From the NCBI GenBank assembly GCA_964016885.1, contig CAXHJY010001713.1:1-64000 (forward strand): DNA of 64,000 nt. The letters are read 5' to 3'. Position numbers and translations under genes: made by a program. Under the pieces are notes generated by a model. The model ran no database searches. It was not told the origin of the DNA and saw nothing but the letters and a program-made list of their open reading frames with translations. Source of the DNA: Eledone cirrhosa (lineage: Eukaryota). Every line of letters begins with the position of its first letter. Position 1 is the first letter of the stretch. Positions 13,651 through 32,014 of the stretch are shown here, piece by piece.

Positions 13651-14980
13651 TCAACAGGCACGCCTTCAAGAGAGCCCGAACAAAAGCAACCGTCTCTAAT
13701 TCAGTCAGCTGGATCCCCAAGTGAAACTAGCCGAGTTCGACAAATTTGATTCAAGGTCTACCTTTAGGCCTCCCACCGGTTGATTTTGCCCGGGGTCGCC
13801 AAATAAAGTATCAATCTACTACTAGAGTTGATCCCTTTTCTTCCTCTCCTTTTTTCTCTGGCAGACCAGGCGAACTATGGCCTCGACCAGATATTAGTTG
13901 ACATACTAGTACACATATGACTCCATCAAGATTTGGGGGCTCAAGCAAGGAAGGAAGTTAGAGGAGTAGTCAAATGGACAAACAGCTCTATGAGATGCCA
14001 GGTAAATACCAAATTTGTTATGGTTGTCGATCGTAAAGAAAAGAAACAAGAAGAAGCAATGTTTAGCTTGTCACTAGACCATCTACAAATAGCAGCCAAT
14101 TTGTATCAAATTACATCTTAGCATTTAAAAAATATAGGAAAGGTCATATAAGCTAATGTCATATTAGTTACGTAATATCTGAAATCTGTTTTCATAAGTC
14201 TGCTTTCATTAGGGTGCAATATCAAAAACAACAATGTATCTATTGAGTTAAAGACGGACACAACATGACATAATTACTGGAGCTGGAATAAAATCGATTA
14301 TATTGACCCATGTACATGCAATTTCCTCTAATTTTTTTCTGTGAATTTATTATCCAAACCTTGCCCTTCAAATGAAACTTATACAGTCGAGGAAATGAAA
14401 GTTTTTCTCTTCAGTTCTTTCTTTTGATTTGTGTTGAATTCATCCTAGAATCAGCATTAGTTGTATTAAAGGGAAAGAGTTGAATCTAAGATATCTAGAG
14501 ATGTATTACGTCAGCGAAGAGAATGTTGAAACATCCACAAAATATTATATACGTTTAATAATTCAGGCTTTCATATCTCAAAGTTACATGTGATGCGTTC
14601 ACCATGATGAGTGTAGGAGGAAGTGCTATATGATTAAACATATCTAATCTATTGTATATCGGGGGTATATGATTTCCCTAAAGGAAACGTAATGCAAGAA
14701 TGCAAGCGCAACTATTAAACGCAAGTGTAATGATCTCTCAAAGATGTTTATCAGAAAAGGCTAAATATTTAGTAAAATCTCGCAATACGTACAATGCTAT
14801 ATCTCATTGACATATGAATGCAAATGTCACGATAATTCTCGTTATCTTGCGAATGAATTACTTAAACAATGTGTGCAGTGAAACATCTAAATATACAAGA
14901 AGACACGTGTGTCTCTATGTTCAGTTAAATGCCTATGGGTTAATATGAACAATTATTATGTTTAGTTTTGTTTTTCTTTA

Positions 14981-15330
14981 CAGAATCGTTAAAGTGTCGG
15001 ATGAAATACCTCGTGGTGTTTAGGTATTACTGTTACTTGCTGATTTCAAATCCCAGCGAGGTCAACAATGCCTTTCATCCTTCTGGGATCGATAAAATAG
15101 AATACCAGTAAAGACATGGGATCTATATAATCGATTTTCCCTTCCTCACAAATCTCTGGCCTAATATCTAAATTAGAAATCATTATGAATAGAGTTACGG
15201 CCCTTGCCATTCTGAGTTCAAATACCGCCGAGGTTAACTTTGCCTTTCATATTTATGAAGTCGATAAAATAAAGTACCAGTAATGCACTGGGTAATTGCT
15301 GGCCTTGTGCCAAAGGTAGAAACAATTATG
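14981..15330 (+). mobile_element. Two tandem S1 SINE copies (diverged 14981-15186; 5'-truncated 15189-15330)
   Basis: Both carry gcctttcat...gtcgataaaata..taccagt and the tagaaa.c.attat tail. Confidence 0.8.
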
Positions 15331-15708
15331 ACTATATGTAGTTCTTTTATTTCGTTAAAGTACACTTTCTTCTGATTTATATTATATACATTATCTCAGT
15401 TACAAATCATTTTATTACAAACTAATATCCACAATATTTAAAATACCTGTCATATATACTGTATCACATAAAGTTGTAATCAATTCTCAGATCAGGAGGT
15501 AACCGCGAAACTCATAGTCTTAGTAATATAATATAGTGGAGTACATATCTCAATCTGGTACTTGCTTTACCATTCTTTAAAGTCTCACCAAATTATACGA
15601 CATAAAGGACCCTACATAAACAACACTGCTGAAACCTAAATATACCCATACACCAAGAAATTGTACATTAGGAATATTATTTCTGGTACTAAGTCGAAAC
15701 AATAGATG

Positions 15709-15986
15709 TAGGTGTTGGACTTCACCAGTGCTGCTTATTGTCACCTCTTTTGTTCATAATCCTGAATAGAATTGACTTGTGCAGCCGGGTTAGAAGTGGT
15801 ATCAAAACCGGCGGGTGTAAGATTAATCGGTTGATATTTGCAGACGACATAGGGCTTCTTAACTCCTCGGAAGGAGATGTCCAACATGCACTGGATAAGT
15901 GTGCTGTCGAATACTGCAAGAAAACTGCAGAAAAGAAAATCAGTGTCGTGAAGATTGCGGGACATTCATCCACTCGAGAAGAGTAG
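15709..15986 (+). pseudogene. Non-LTR (RTE-like) reverse transcriptase fragment
   Basis: VGVGLHQCCLLSPLLF...INRLIFADDIGLL..SEGDVQHAL matches the RT QGxxLSPLLF and FADD motifs. Confidence 0.85.
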
Positions 15987-16559
15987 AAAACTCTTACAGT
16001 AGGTACTGATCAGTGGTTTTTAACCCGGTACCGTGTGTTCGTGAAGCGAACTTCTTAACCCAAGTATTAATGGAATTATAATCGACATCATTGGATAATA
16101 TAGCCATAGATATCACATGCTTTAATAAAAGACGCGATGGTTATAGTAGGAACGGCTTTGATCATAGATCTACTGAGGCTTAACAAAAACCAAAAATAAC
16201 ACCAATAACTTTTACCAGTCAATGGAAACCAGCATCCGACATTGTTAAGCAGCTTTATGATCAAAGCGAGACTTTGGGACAACAAATAATAGCAGAACAC
16301 ACCACAGCACTATTGGATAGAAACGGGAAAGGTGGATATAACATGTGTGTGTCCGTGTGTGTATGTGTAAATAGTAGAGCGAGTGTGTGTGTGTGAGGGA
16401 GAGGAAGGGGATGTGTAAGAGGTAAGGGAGTTTCTGGAGTGACTATATGTGTTGGTGGAAGAAAGCCAGGGCAGGGAGAGAGAAGTGAAAGAGAGGATGT
16501 GTGCAAGAGAAAGAGAACGGAGAGATGCGAGAAATGGGAAGAAATATATAGAGAAAGAG

Positions 16560-16566
16560 AGTGTGT

Positions 16567-16606
<40 letters not shown>

Positions 16607-17100
16607 TGAGAACGTGTGTGTGTGAGTGTGTGTGGGAAGGGGTAGAGAGGGGAATGAGAGAAAGACAGAGACAAAGACTTAACGTGTTTCTGTGTGTATT
16701 GTTACAAGCGTGTGTATATATAGAGGAGAAAGATATTGATACAGAGAGAGGGAGAGAGAGATGGATAGAGATAAAGAGAAAGAGAGAGAGAGATAGAGAG
16801 ACAGAGAAAGAAAGAGGTAGAGAGAGAGAGAAAGTGATAGAGAAAGAGAAAGAGATAGAGAGAGAGAGATAGAGATAGAAAGAAAGAGGTAGAGTGAGGG
16901 GGGGGTAGAGATAGGGAGTGAGAGAGATAGAGAGTGAGAGATAGAGAGTGAGAGGGGGAGAGATAGAGATAGAAGAGATAGATAGATAGAGAGAGAGAGA
17001 GGGGAGAGATAGAGATAGAGAGAGGGGGAGAGATAGAGTGAGAGAGAGATAGATAGATAGAGAGAGGGGGAGAGATAGAGAGAGAGAGTGTGAGAGGAAG
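16560..17100. repeat. GA/GATA-rich simple repeat
   Basis: Direct inspection. Confidence 0.9.
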
Positions 17101-17214
17101 TTATAGACTCACATCATTTGTTATCACTCCCCCTCCCTCTCTAACTGTCACTCTCTCTCCCTCCACACTTTTCCTATCTCTTTTCTCTCCTCCTAAATAT
17201 CTACCTATCTATTG

Positions 17215-18174
17215 AACCATCATCAATATAACCATCATCATCATCAATATAACCATCATCATCATCAATGTAAACATCATCATCAATATAACCATCATCA
17301 TCATCATCAATATAACCATCATCATCATCAATATAACCATCATCATCATCATCAATATAACCATCATCATCATCAATATAACCATCATCATCATCAATAT
17401 AAACACCATCATCATCAATATAACCATCATCATCAATATAACCATCATCATCATCAATATAACCATCATCATCAATATAACCATCATCATCATCAATATA
17501 ACCATCATCATCAATATAACCATCATCATCATCAATATAACCATCATCATCAATATAACCATCATCATCATCAATATAACCATCATCATCAATATAACCA
17601 TCATCATCAATATAACCATCATCATCATCATCAATATAACCATCATCATCATCAATATAACCATCATCATCATCAATATAAACACCATCATCATCAATAT
17701 AACCATCATCATCAATATAACCATCATCATCAATATAACCATCATCATCAATATAAACACCATCATCATCAATATAACCATCATTATCATCAATATAACC
17801 ATCATCATCATCAATATAACCATCATCATCATCAATATAAACATCATCATCAATATAAACATCATCATCAATATAACCATCATCATCATCATCAATATAA
17901 CCATCATCATCATCATCAATATAACCATCATCATCAATATAACCATCATCATCATCAATATAAACACCATCATCATCAATATAACCATCATCATCAATAT
18001 AAACACCATCATCATCAATATAACCATCATCATCAATATAAACACCATCATCATCAATATAACCATCATCATCAATATAACCATCATCATCAATATAACC
18101 ATCATCATCATCAATATAACCATCATCATCATCAATATAACCATCATCATCAATATAACCATCATCATCATCAT
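17215..18174. repeat. Compound minisatellite (CAT)n-CAATATAAC
   Basis: Variable CAT number between constant caatataac anchors. Confidence 0.95.
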
Positions 18175-18409
18175 AAGAAATTATATAAATAAAAGAATTC
18201 GAATTATCCTCCAAACAAAACAACAAAACATTAATAAATACCCCCCCCCCCCCTTAAATATTTAAAGTAAAAACTGTTGCACCAGCAGCAGCGATAATAT
18301 CATCATCATCATCATTGTCAACAGCAGCAGCAATAACAGCAACAGCAATGCCAGTAGTAATAATAAAGACAAAATGCATCATCATCATCGTGGTTGTTAA
18401 TATCATTAT

Positions 18410-18883
18410 CACTACCACCACTATCACCACCACCATCACCACCACTATCACCACCACCATCACCACCACTATCACCACCACCACCACCACCACTATCACC
18501 ACCACCACTATCACCACTATCACCACCACCACCACCACCACTATCACCACCACCACCAACACTGCACTAATACTGCACTAACACTGCACTAACACTGCAC
18601 TAACACTGCACTAACACTGCACTAACACTGCACTAACACTGCACTAACACTGTACTAACACTGCACTAACACTGCACTAACACTGCACTAACACTGCACT
18701 AACACTGTACTAACACTGCACTAACACTGCACTAACACTGTACTAACACTGTACTAACACTGCACTAACACTGCACTAACACTGCACTAACACTGTACTA
18801 ACACTGTACTAACACTGCACTAACACTGCACTAACACTGCACTAACACTGCACTAACACTGCACTAACACTGCACTAACACTG
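18410..18883. repeat. (CAC)n run followed by 11-bp tandem repeat AACACTGCACT
   Basis: The 11-mer runs from ~18558 to 18883, with occasional TGTACT variants. Confidence 0.95.
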
Positions 18884-19144
18884 ACACACACTGGCAGATA
18901 TCCCCCCACACACACATATATAACTCTCCATACATACAAACAAACGTACACACACACACACACACACATACATATAACCCTCCACACACATACATACAAA
19001 CAAACATACACACACACACATATAACCCTTCACACACACATACATACAAACAAACGTATACCTTCACATACATTCAAACACACATATATACATACTCGTA
19101 TACATATATATATATATAAATACATACACACATATACACATACC

Positions 19145-19176
<32 letters not shown>

Positions 19177-19354
19177 CATACACACATATATATCTTTAGC
19201 TATATATATATATATATATATATATACATACATAAGTTTATCCCGGGTTCAATCAGAGATAACAACAGTACATATATCCCTCTTTGGGTGTATGTATATA
19301 TATATACACATGTATATATGCATTTATATATTTAGGAATATACGTAGTTTTTGC

Positions 19355-20115
19355 ATATGAACACATACATATATACACATACATATGTACACATACATAT
19401 GTACACATACATATGTACACATACATATGTATGTGTACATATGTATGTGTACATATGTACACATACATATATACACATACATATGTATGTGTACATATGT
19501 ATGTGTACATATGTACACATACATATATACACATACATATGTACACATACATATGTACACATACATATGTACACATACATATGTACACATACATATGTAC
19601 ACATACATATGTACACATACATATGAACACATATATATGTATGTGTACATATGTATGTGTACACATACATATGTATTTGTACATATGTATGTGTACATAT
19701 GTATGTGTTCATATGTATGTGTACATATGTATGTGTTCATATGTATGTGTTCATATGTATTTGTACATATGTACACATACATATGTACACCTACATATGT
19801 ACACATACATATGAACACATACATATGTACACATACATATGTACACATACATTTGTACACATACATATGTACACATACATATGTACACATACATATGTAC
19901 ACATACATATGTACACATACATATGTACACATACATATGTACACATACATATGTACACATACATATATACTCATACATATGTACACATACATATGTACAC
20001 ATACATATGTATGTGTACATATGAACACATACATATGTATGTGTTCATATGTATGTGTACATATGTACACATACATATGTATGTGTACATATGTACACAT
20101 ACATATGTACACATA
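19355..20115. repeat. 14-bp satellite ATATGTACACATAC with internal orientation flips
   Basis: Blocks of atatgtacacatac alternate with blocks of atatgtatgtgtac. Confidence 0.9.
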
Positions 20116-20254
20116 CACACATGCTATGCACATCCTTGCACAAAATCTCACATACATACACATACACAGATACAGACTCACACACACAAACAAACCGTGA
20201 GGGTGTAATTCTGTCAACAATGGCACACGCTTCTTCAGATACACGTGCGAGGTC

Positions 20255-20411
<157 letters not shown>

Positions 20412-20664
20412 CAGGTGGTGTATGAATATACAATAATTACACCACAAACATTCCTGTGTAGAGTGAAGCTCTTTCATATATCAACATACATGTAAATGTG
20501 TATGTGTGTATATATATTTATATATAAATATTAACTCAGATTACATGTGATATCTTTTGATATCTTAGGAACTAAATAAACAAATGCATACATAGATACA
20601 TACATACATACATACATACATACATACATACATACATACATACATACATACACATACGTGTATA

Positions 20665-20790
20665 TGATGATTTCTCACGAATGAAACAGTTCTAGTCCTG
20701 TAGAAGCTTTTCTATATTACAACATATATACTCTGCTATGTATTGAGTACCTTACTTACTGTGTTCACCCCCGATTCAACCCGGAATAAC
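20665..20790 (+). mobile_element. Family B element, 5'-truncated inside the hammerhead core
   Basis: (a)TGATGA-T-TTC(tcac)GAA-T-GAAA-CAGTTCTAGTCCTG-TA-GAAGC, then ...gtattgagtaccttacttactgtg...aacccgg; homologous to 50559, 51133, 58060. Confidence 0.8.
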
Positions 20791-20808
20791 TTTTATTATA
20801 TTATATAT

Positions 20809-21003
20809 CGGCGGTGGATTGGCAGTATCGGTAGAGGGTCGGACGCCATGCTTTGACGCATAGAGTTACGTCCCTTGCCATTCTGAGTTCAAATCTCGCC
20901 GAGGTTAACTTTGCCTTTCATCCTTACGGGGTCGATAAAATAAAGTACCAGTAATCTACTGGGTAATTGCTGGCCTTGTGCCATAAGTAGAAACAATTAT
21001 TAT
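20809..21003 (+). mobile_element. Full-length S1 SINE (tRNA-like head, Nin-like central domain, (ATT)n tail)
   Basis: A box tggcagtatcggtagag, B box gagttcaaatc, and gcctttcatccttacggggtcgataaaataaagtacc resembling the Nin/Deu SINE domain. Confidence 0.85.
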
Positions 21004-21039
21004 ATTTAGGAGGAGATTTTTATAGGGGAAAGGGCATTG

Positions 21040-21104
<65 letters not shown>

Positions 21105-21267
21105 ATATACATATATGTATATATGTGTATATACATATATGTATATATATATACACACAGACGTATACAGTAAAGATCAACACGATGGAGGTAAGGTTGG
21201 TGAGGCTAAGCAGTGTGTAAACGAAAAATAATTGGAAACAGAGATATAGATGGAAATATAAATATAA

Positions 21268-22202
21268 CGACACCACTACCACCATAGCCACCACCATCAC
21301 CACCACCACAGCAAACACTGCTACCACCACTATCACCATAGCCACCACACCAAACACTGCTATCACCACCACCACTGCTACCACTGCTACCACCACCACC
21401 ACCACCACTGCTACCACCACCACCACCACTGCTATCACCACCACCACCACTGCTACCACCACCACTGCTATCACCACCACCACCTCCACCACTGCTACCA
21501 CCACCACCACTGCTACCACCACCATCACCACCACTGCTATCACCACCACCACCGCCACCACCACCACCAATGCTACCACCACCACCACCGCAAACACCGA
21601 CATAGCCACCACCGACAACAATATCAAAACCGCCATCACCAGCACCACCAACACCACAAACACCAACGCCGCGACCACATTTACGACAATAACCATCAAC
21701 ACCATCACCACCACCACCATCACCACTAGTACATTTACGACAATCGACACCACCTTCACAACCACATTTACGACCATAACCAACACAACCACCACCACCG
21801 CCACATTTACGACAACGACCACCACCACTACCACATTTACCACCATAACCATTACCAACAACACCAACATCACAAATACCACCATCACCAACCCATCACA
21901 ACATTTACGACCATAACCACCACATATCAACAAAAGAAACATCACCACCAACAACAACTACAACAACAACAACAACAAAAACAACGACACAAGCAATCAG
22001 CAACACAAACAACAGCAAAAATACAACACAAACAACAGCAACAAAAACAACAGTAAAATAACAACAAAATAACAGTAAAGCAACAAAAAGAAACAAAACA
22101 ACCACAAAACAACAGCAAAGCAACAAAAAAAAACAAGAACACAAAAAGCAAGAGAAAGCAAAGAGGACAAGAGAACAAGACTGAGTGACAGTACTAGTAA
22201 GT

Positions 22203-22262
<60 letters not shown>
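21268..22262. repeat. Degenerate (CAC)n/(CAA)n low-complexity tract ending in (GA)n
   Basis: Direct inspection. Confidence 0.9.
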
Positions 22263-22263
<1 letters not shown>

Positions 22264-22534
22264 AGAGATAGAGAGATGAAAGAAAGGAAAAAAGAGATAT
22301 ACAAAGAGAGAAGACACGTGAAAATATTAGACGGATGAAAATGAAAACACAGAGAGAAGTTTACAAGGTAAAACGAACACGATGATATCTTCATATTACC
22401 AGACCCAATGGCATTACTGTTTACCAAAATATCAATGGTTGTTTAACTCTAATTACTATACAAGTGATACTAGATAAATAGATACGCTGTGTTCAGTGAG
22501 TAGCAATTGATTCCTATCTATGTATTTACATGCA

Positions 22535-25240
<2,706 letters not shown>

Positions 25241-25839
25241 GCACATCTCAATATTTCTGTTTGTCTCTCTTATATTAAGCAAAATATCTTAATAACTGCG
25301 AATGAAAAATATATTTAACAATTAACATGAAACAAATACACAAGTTATTTGTTGTCGTCTTCAGAGAAATAATATTTACTTGACAAATAATCATTGGATA
25401 TAGTGTACATGGAGACATGTGTTGTTATTGGAGTTGACAATAGCACATGGAGGAGAGATGTAGCTATCTATTTATCTTTCTACCTATCTGTCTAACTATA
25501 TATGTATGTATCTCTCTATTTATCCATCTTTATATGTCTATGTATCTAAACATCTATCCATCTAACTATATATGTATGTATCTATCTATCAAAATGTATC
25601 TATCTATCTATCTATTTATTTAAATATCTATGTAAACACTCACCAATGTAACTTATGCTCAAAAACAGACCCTCATCTAATGTTCTGCATATTTGTTTTC
25701 CACTTCCGGTTGTTTTGTGGATCTTATTAAGCCCCATGTATGTTTGCTGCGACAGCCTATTATTCTTAATATATATATATATATATTTATATTCATATAC
25801 ACGCACCTGTGTTGTTTACTTAATTTTTGTTTTTCCGTT

Positions 25840-26086
25840 GCCCCTTTTGATGAAGTACATGTGTCCGAAACGTTAACTCACTTTTACTAATATATCAAAC
25901 GTTAAACCAATATAATATTTGTTTCCGTTTACTTTTTGCACACACACACACACACATGCAACTATATATATATATATATAGTGCAAATTTACACGGGAAC
26001 AAAACAGAGAGGCAGACAAATAAAGGTTTATTAGGTTCACGCTTTGAGAGTGAGGGGGTGGGGGCACGTTTCGGGCATAAGCCCTT
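25840..26086. mobile_element. Two tail-to-tail family D fragments with degenerate hammerhead motifs
   Basis: Plus: TTGATGA-A-GTAC(atgt)GTCC-GAAA-CG-TT at 25847-25874; minus: AA-GGGC(ttat)GCCC-GAAA-CG-TG at 26065-26086; both share a downstream aa.cgt.aa.c.aata motif with 51355-51476. Confidence 0.55.
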
Positions 26087-26234
26087 ATATATATAGTTTT
26101 ATGTTACTGTTGGTTCACCAGCTTGAATAATCAATGTGCAGGTGGGTACGTTTAAGTATAGTACTTGGTGTTACACACTTGGTATTAAACTATGGTCTTT
26201 TCCCCCCATATGCAACGTATATATATATACATAG

Positions 26235-26375
26235 TGAAATAACAAATTAAAGTTTAAGCAAAGAATCGCTGCTTTTACCCTTAATGGGATCTTGTGAAAA
26301 TATATATATATATATATATATATTATCCTTATCGAGCTCTCTTCGGGTTTTAGTCTTCACATTTATTATTATTAC
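26235..26375. mobile_element. Family A fragments (minus-strand core, TA run, plus-strand tail)
   Basis: aagtttaagcaaagaatcgctgcttttacccttaatgggatcttg; ttatccttatcgagctctcttcgggttttagtcttc. Confidence 0.8.
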
Positions 26376-26602
26376 TATATATATATATATATATACATAT
26401 ATATATTGTGTTACTAGTAGCTCAATGATTACATCATACTTCATGATTGCATGGGACATTTTTGTCTCAAGTTTGTGCTACTTGTTACGTTAATATTTTA
26501 TGTTTTTTAAGCTAAGGATTCCTTTGAATATCCAATTAAATTATTATCCTCATCAACTTGAACACACCTTTAGGCAATCATTCCACATCATACACAGCCA
26601 CA

Positions 26603-27660
<1,058 letters not shown>

Positions 27661-27805
27661 TATTTCTGAAGACGGCGTATATATGTGTTAGGTATGTATA
27701 TTTAATCTTGATAATTTGTATAATTTTGTATAATTTTGTACATAGATCTGTTGAATATGCATACCAATTATAACACATATATACCCTAGAAACGATCGTT
27801 AAATA
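27661..27805 (+). ncRNA. Type I hammerhead ribozyme motif with a very long stem II
   Basis: TATTT-CTGAAGA-[27673-27690 pairs with 27771-27788; 27691-27705 pairs with 27751-27765]-GAAA-CGATCG-TT-AAATA; palindromic ACGATCGT stem III, GUU triplet. Confidence 0.7.
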
Positions 27806-27859
27806 GTGAACTTTTTTTGTTTAATATAAGGAATTGTTTGTTCATTATTTGTTTAATAT

Positions 27860-28349
27860 TTTATATATATATACATATATTTATATATATATATACATAT
27901 ATTTATATATATACATACATATATTTATATATATATATACATACATATATTTATATATATATATACATACATATATTTATATATATACATACATATATTT
28001 ATATATATATATACATACATATATTTATATATATATATACATACATATATTTATATATATATATACATACATATATTTATATATATATATATATACATAT
28101 ATTTATATATACATATATATACATATATTTATATATACATATATTTATATATATATATATACATATATTTATATATACACATATATTTATATATATACAT
28201 ATATATACATATATTTATATATACACATATATTTATATATATACATATATATACATATATACACATATATTTATATATATACATATATATATATATAGAG
28301 AGAGATAGATATATACATATATTTATATATATACATATATACATATATT

Positions 28350-28393
<44 letters not shown>

Positions 28394-28733
28394 TAGATAT
28401 ATACATATATAGATATATACAGATAGATATATACATATATTTATATATATATATAGATATATACATATATTTATATATATATATAGATATATACATATAT
28501 TTATATATATATATAGATATATACATATATTTATATATATATATAGATATATACATATATTTATATATATATATAGATATATACATATATTTATATATAT
28601 ATATAGATATATACATATATTTATATATATATATAGATATATACATATATTTATATAGATATATACATATATATATATATAGATATATACATATATTTAT
28701 ATATATACATATATTTATATATATACATATATT

Positions 28734-28791
<58 letters not shown>

Positions 28792-28890
28792 TATAGATAG
28801 ATAGATATATAAATATATTTATATATATATCTATCTATCTATATATATATATATATATAATTACATAGATATATACATATAGACATATAG

Positions 28891-28962
<72 letters not shown>
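27860..28962. repeat. TA-based compound array
   Basis: Direct inspection. Confidence 0.95.
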
Positions 28963-28964
<2 letters not shown>

Positions 28965-29309
28965 TTTACTAAACTATTTCTTTTTCATATTCCTTCTAAT
29001 ACAATCCATTACTTTTCCATGGATCTAGCAACCTTATGCGTTTATTCTATTTGTAAGACGATAAAATGCGACTTGAGGGATTTTAGCTGCTATTTCTACC
29101 AGTTTAATTTACCTCTTATACGCTCCTTCTAGGACGTGGGTTGTATTATTTTATGTGTTTTGGGGAAGGTGGGTGAGATGTTTTTGATTTTTTTATTAAC
29201 AATACTCCAGACCTCTGCTGTGCTGTGACCACAATAGTGGGGTAGGATGTGTGACGCACATGACTGACTGACATCTACAGACACCCTTTAAGGAGTGAGG
29301 ATTATATCA

Positions 29310-29342
29310 GTATATATACACACATATATATATATATACACT

Positions 29343-29379
<37 letters not shown>

Positions 29380-29484
29380 TTACATATATATATATACACT
29401 TACACATATATATATATACACTTACATATACATATATATATATATACACTTACATATATATATATATATATATATATATACACT

Positions 29485-29519
<35 letters not shown>

Positions 29520-29622
29520 TTACATATATATATATATATATATATATATACACTTAATATATATATATATATATATATATACACTTACACATATATATAT
29601 ATATACACACACACATATATAT

Positions 29623-29665
<43 letters not shown>

Positions 29666-29676
29666 TATATATATAT

Positions 29677-29717
<41 letters not shown>

Positions 29718-29812
29718 TATATATATATATACACACACATATATATATATACACACACATATATATATATATATATACACACACACATATATATATATAT
29801 ATATACACACAC

Positions 29813-29861
<49 letters not shown>

Positions 29862-30047
29862 CACACACACACATATATATATATATACACATATATATAC
29901 ACACACATATATATATACACATATATATACACACACACATATATATATACACATATATATACACACACACATATATATATATACACATATATATACACAC
30001 ACACATATATATATATATACACATATATATATATATAAAACATATAT

Positions 30048-30097
<50 letters not shown>

Positions 30098-30118
30098 ATA
30101 CACTTATTTATATACACT

Positions 30119-30156
<38 letters not shown>

Positions 30157-30256
30157 CACTTATATATATATATACACACTTATATATATATATATACACA
30201 TATATATATATATACACTTATATATATATATATACACACACACACATATACACACA
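29310..30256. repeat. TA/CA compound array
   Basis: Direct inspection. Confidence 0.95.
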
Positions 30257-30364
30257 CTCGCTTCTTTCGTGTATATCTATATATTTGTGTGCTTATGTGT
30301 ATATATACATATATATATATATACACATAAACACACAAATATAGATATACACGAAAGAAGCGAG
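30257..30364. repeat. Inverted repeat with ~50-bp arms around a TA centre
   Basis: ctcgcttctttcgtgtatatctat...atagatatacacgaaagaagcgag. Confidence 0.85.
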
Positions 30365-30484
30365 AGTGAGGGGAGGGGGGTGAAAGTGCACGCGCCGTAG
30401 ATTACAGTCAATTTACCTTCCTTTGGGTTTCAGGGGTTTAGCTCAGTAGACCGGGACCCCACCTTCACTTACTCTACTGTCATC

Positions 30485-31300
30485 AGACACACAGACAGAC
30501 ACATACAGACAGGCAGACAGACAGACACATACAGTCACATACAGACAGGCAGACAGACAGACACATACAGTCACATACACAGACACACACACACAGTCAC
30601 ATACAGTCACATACAGACAGGCAGACAGACATATACAGTCACATACACACAGTCACATACAGTCACATACACACATACAGGCAGACAGACAGACATACAG
30701 TCACATACAGACAGGCAGACAGAGACATACAGTCACATACACAGACACAGTCACACACATACAGACAGACAGACAGACAGAGTCACATACAGTCACATAC
30801 AGACAGACACACACATACAGTCACATGCACAATATACAGACAGAGACACACACATACAGACACACATACAGTCACATACAGACAGGCAGACATACACATA
30901 CAGTCACATACAGACAGGCAGACATACACACATAGTCAAATACAGACAGAGACACACACACACAGACAGCCACACACACACACAGTCACATACACACATA
31001 CTGTGAGACAGAGACACATACAGTCACATACACACAGACACACACAGAGTCACATACATACACACATACAGTCACATACATACACACATACAGTCACATA
31101 CACACATACAGACAGACAGACAGACACACATACAGTCACATACACACATACAGACATAGACACACACATACATATACAGTCACATTCACACAGACAGACA
31201 CATACAGTCATATTCACACAGACAGACACATACACATATACAGTCACATACATACACAGTAACATACACACACAGTCACAAACACACATACACACACACC
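30485..31300. repeat. CAGA/CAGTCACATA low-complexity repeat
   Basis: Direct inspection. Confidence 0.9.
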
Positions 31301-32014
31301 TACATAGAGTCACATCCACACAACCTACCTGCCAACTGGTCCCCACCATTACCATCTCACAAAATACCACTAGTCCTCTGCCGTCCACTTTACTGTCACT
31401 ACAACTCATTTCCACCTCTACCACTACATGGTTCCATCTGAACACCACCCCCTGCCACTTCTCCAGTTTTTCTTTTCTCTTGTCTATCGACACTGGAGAA
31501 GCCCCTTATCTCCCTCCCCCTCTCTCGCTCTTACACACACACACACACACACACACCTATATACTCACTCATACATTCACACACACATATATACACACAC
31601 ATATACTCACACAAACATACTCACAGACACACGCACACACATACTTACTCATACATCCACACACACAGGCACACACACACACATACACACACACGACATA
31701 CACATACACCACACACAGACAGACTCCCACTCTGTTTTTTTTTCTCCAATGTGTTTCTTGTTTGTTTATCCGACTAACTTAACCTCGCTCTGTTCCTATT
31801 CACCCCCCCCCCCCCATTCCCTCCATCTCCTTAAATAGTATCTTAGTCTACACCTTTCATCATCAACATCACCCACACTACCACTGTCACCTCGTCACCT
31901 TCTGTGTCACCTTCCATGTTGACATGCTTATTTATATATTTATTTATTCATTCATTCATTCATTTATTTATTTATCTATCTATCTATGTACCTATTCATT
32001 CATTGCTCCCAATG

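Noticed and set aside
16011-16060. CAGTGGTTTTTAAC as a hAT transposon terminus
   Set aside because: No partner TIR or TSD found
17201-18226. Asp-rich (DDDGYI)n and His-rich ORFs resembling biomineralisation proteins
   Set aside because: A compound CAT minisatellite open in several frames, with no signal peptide or unique domain; expression cannot be strictly excluded
20809-21003. tRNA genes at the S1/S2 heads
   Set aside because: A and B boxes are present but there is no cloverleaf, and they are attached to SINE bodies and tails
30415-30492. Minus-strand CTGATGA-CAGTAG...CTACTG
   Set aside because: GAAA is not adjacent to the helix, and there is no NUH or stem I
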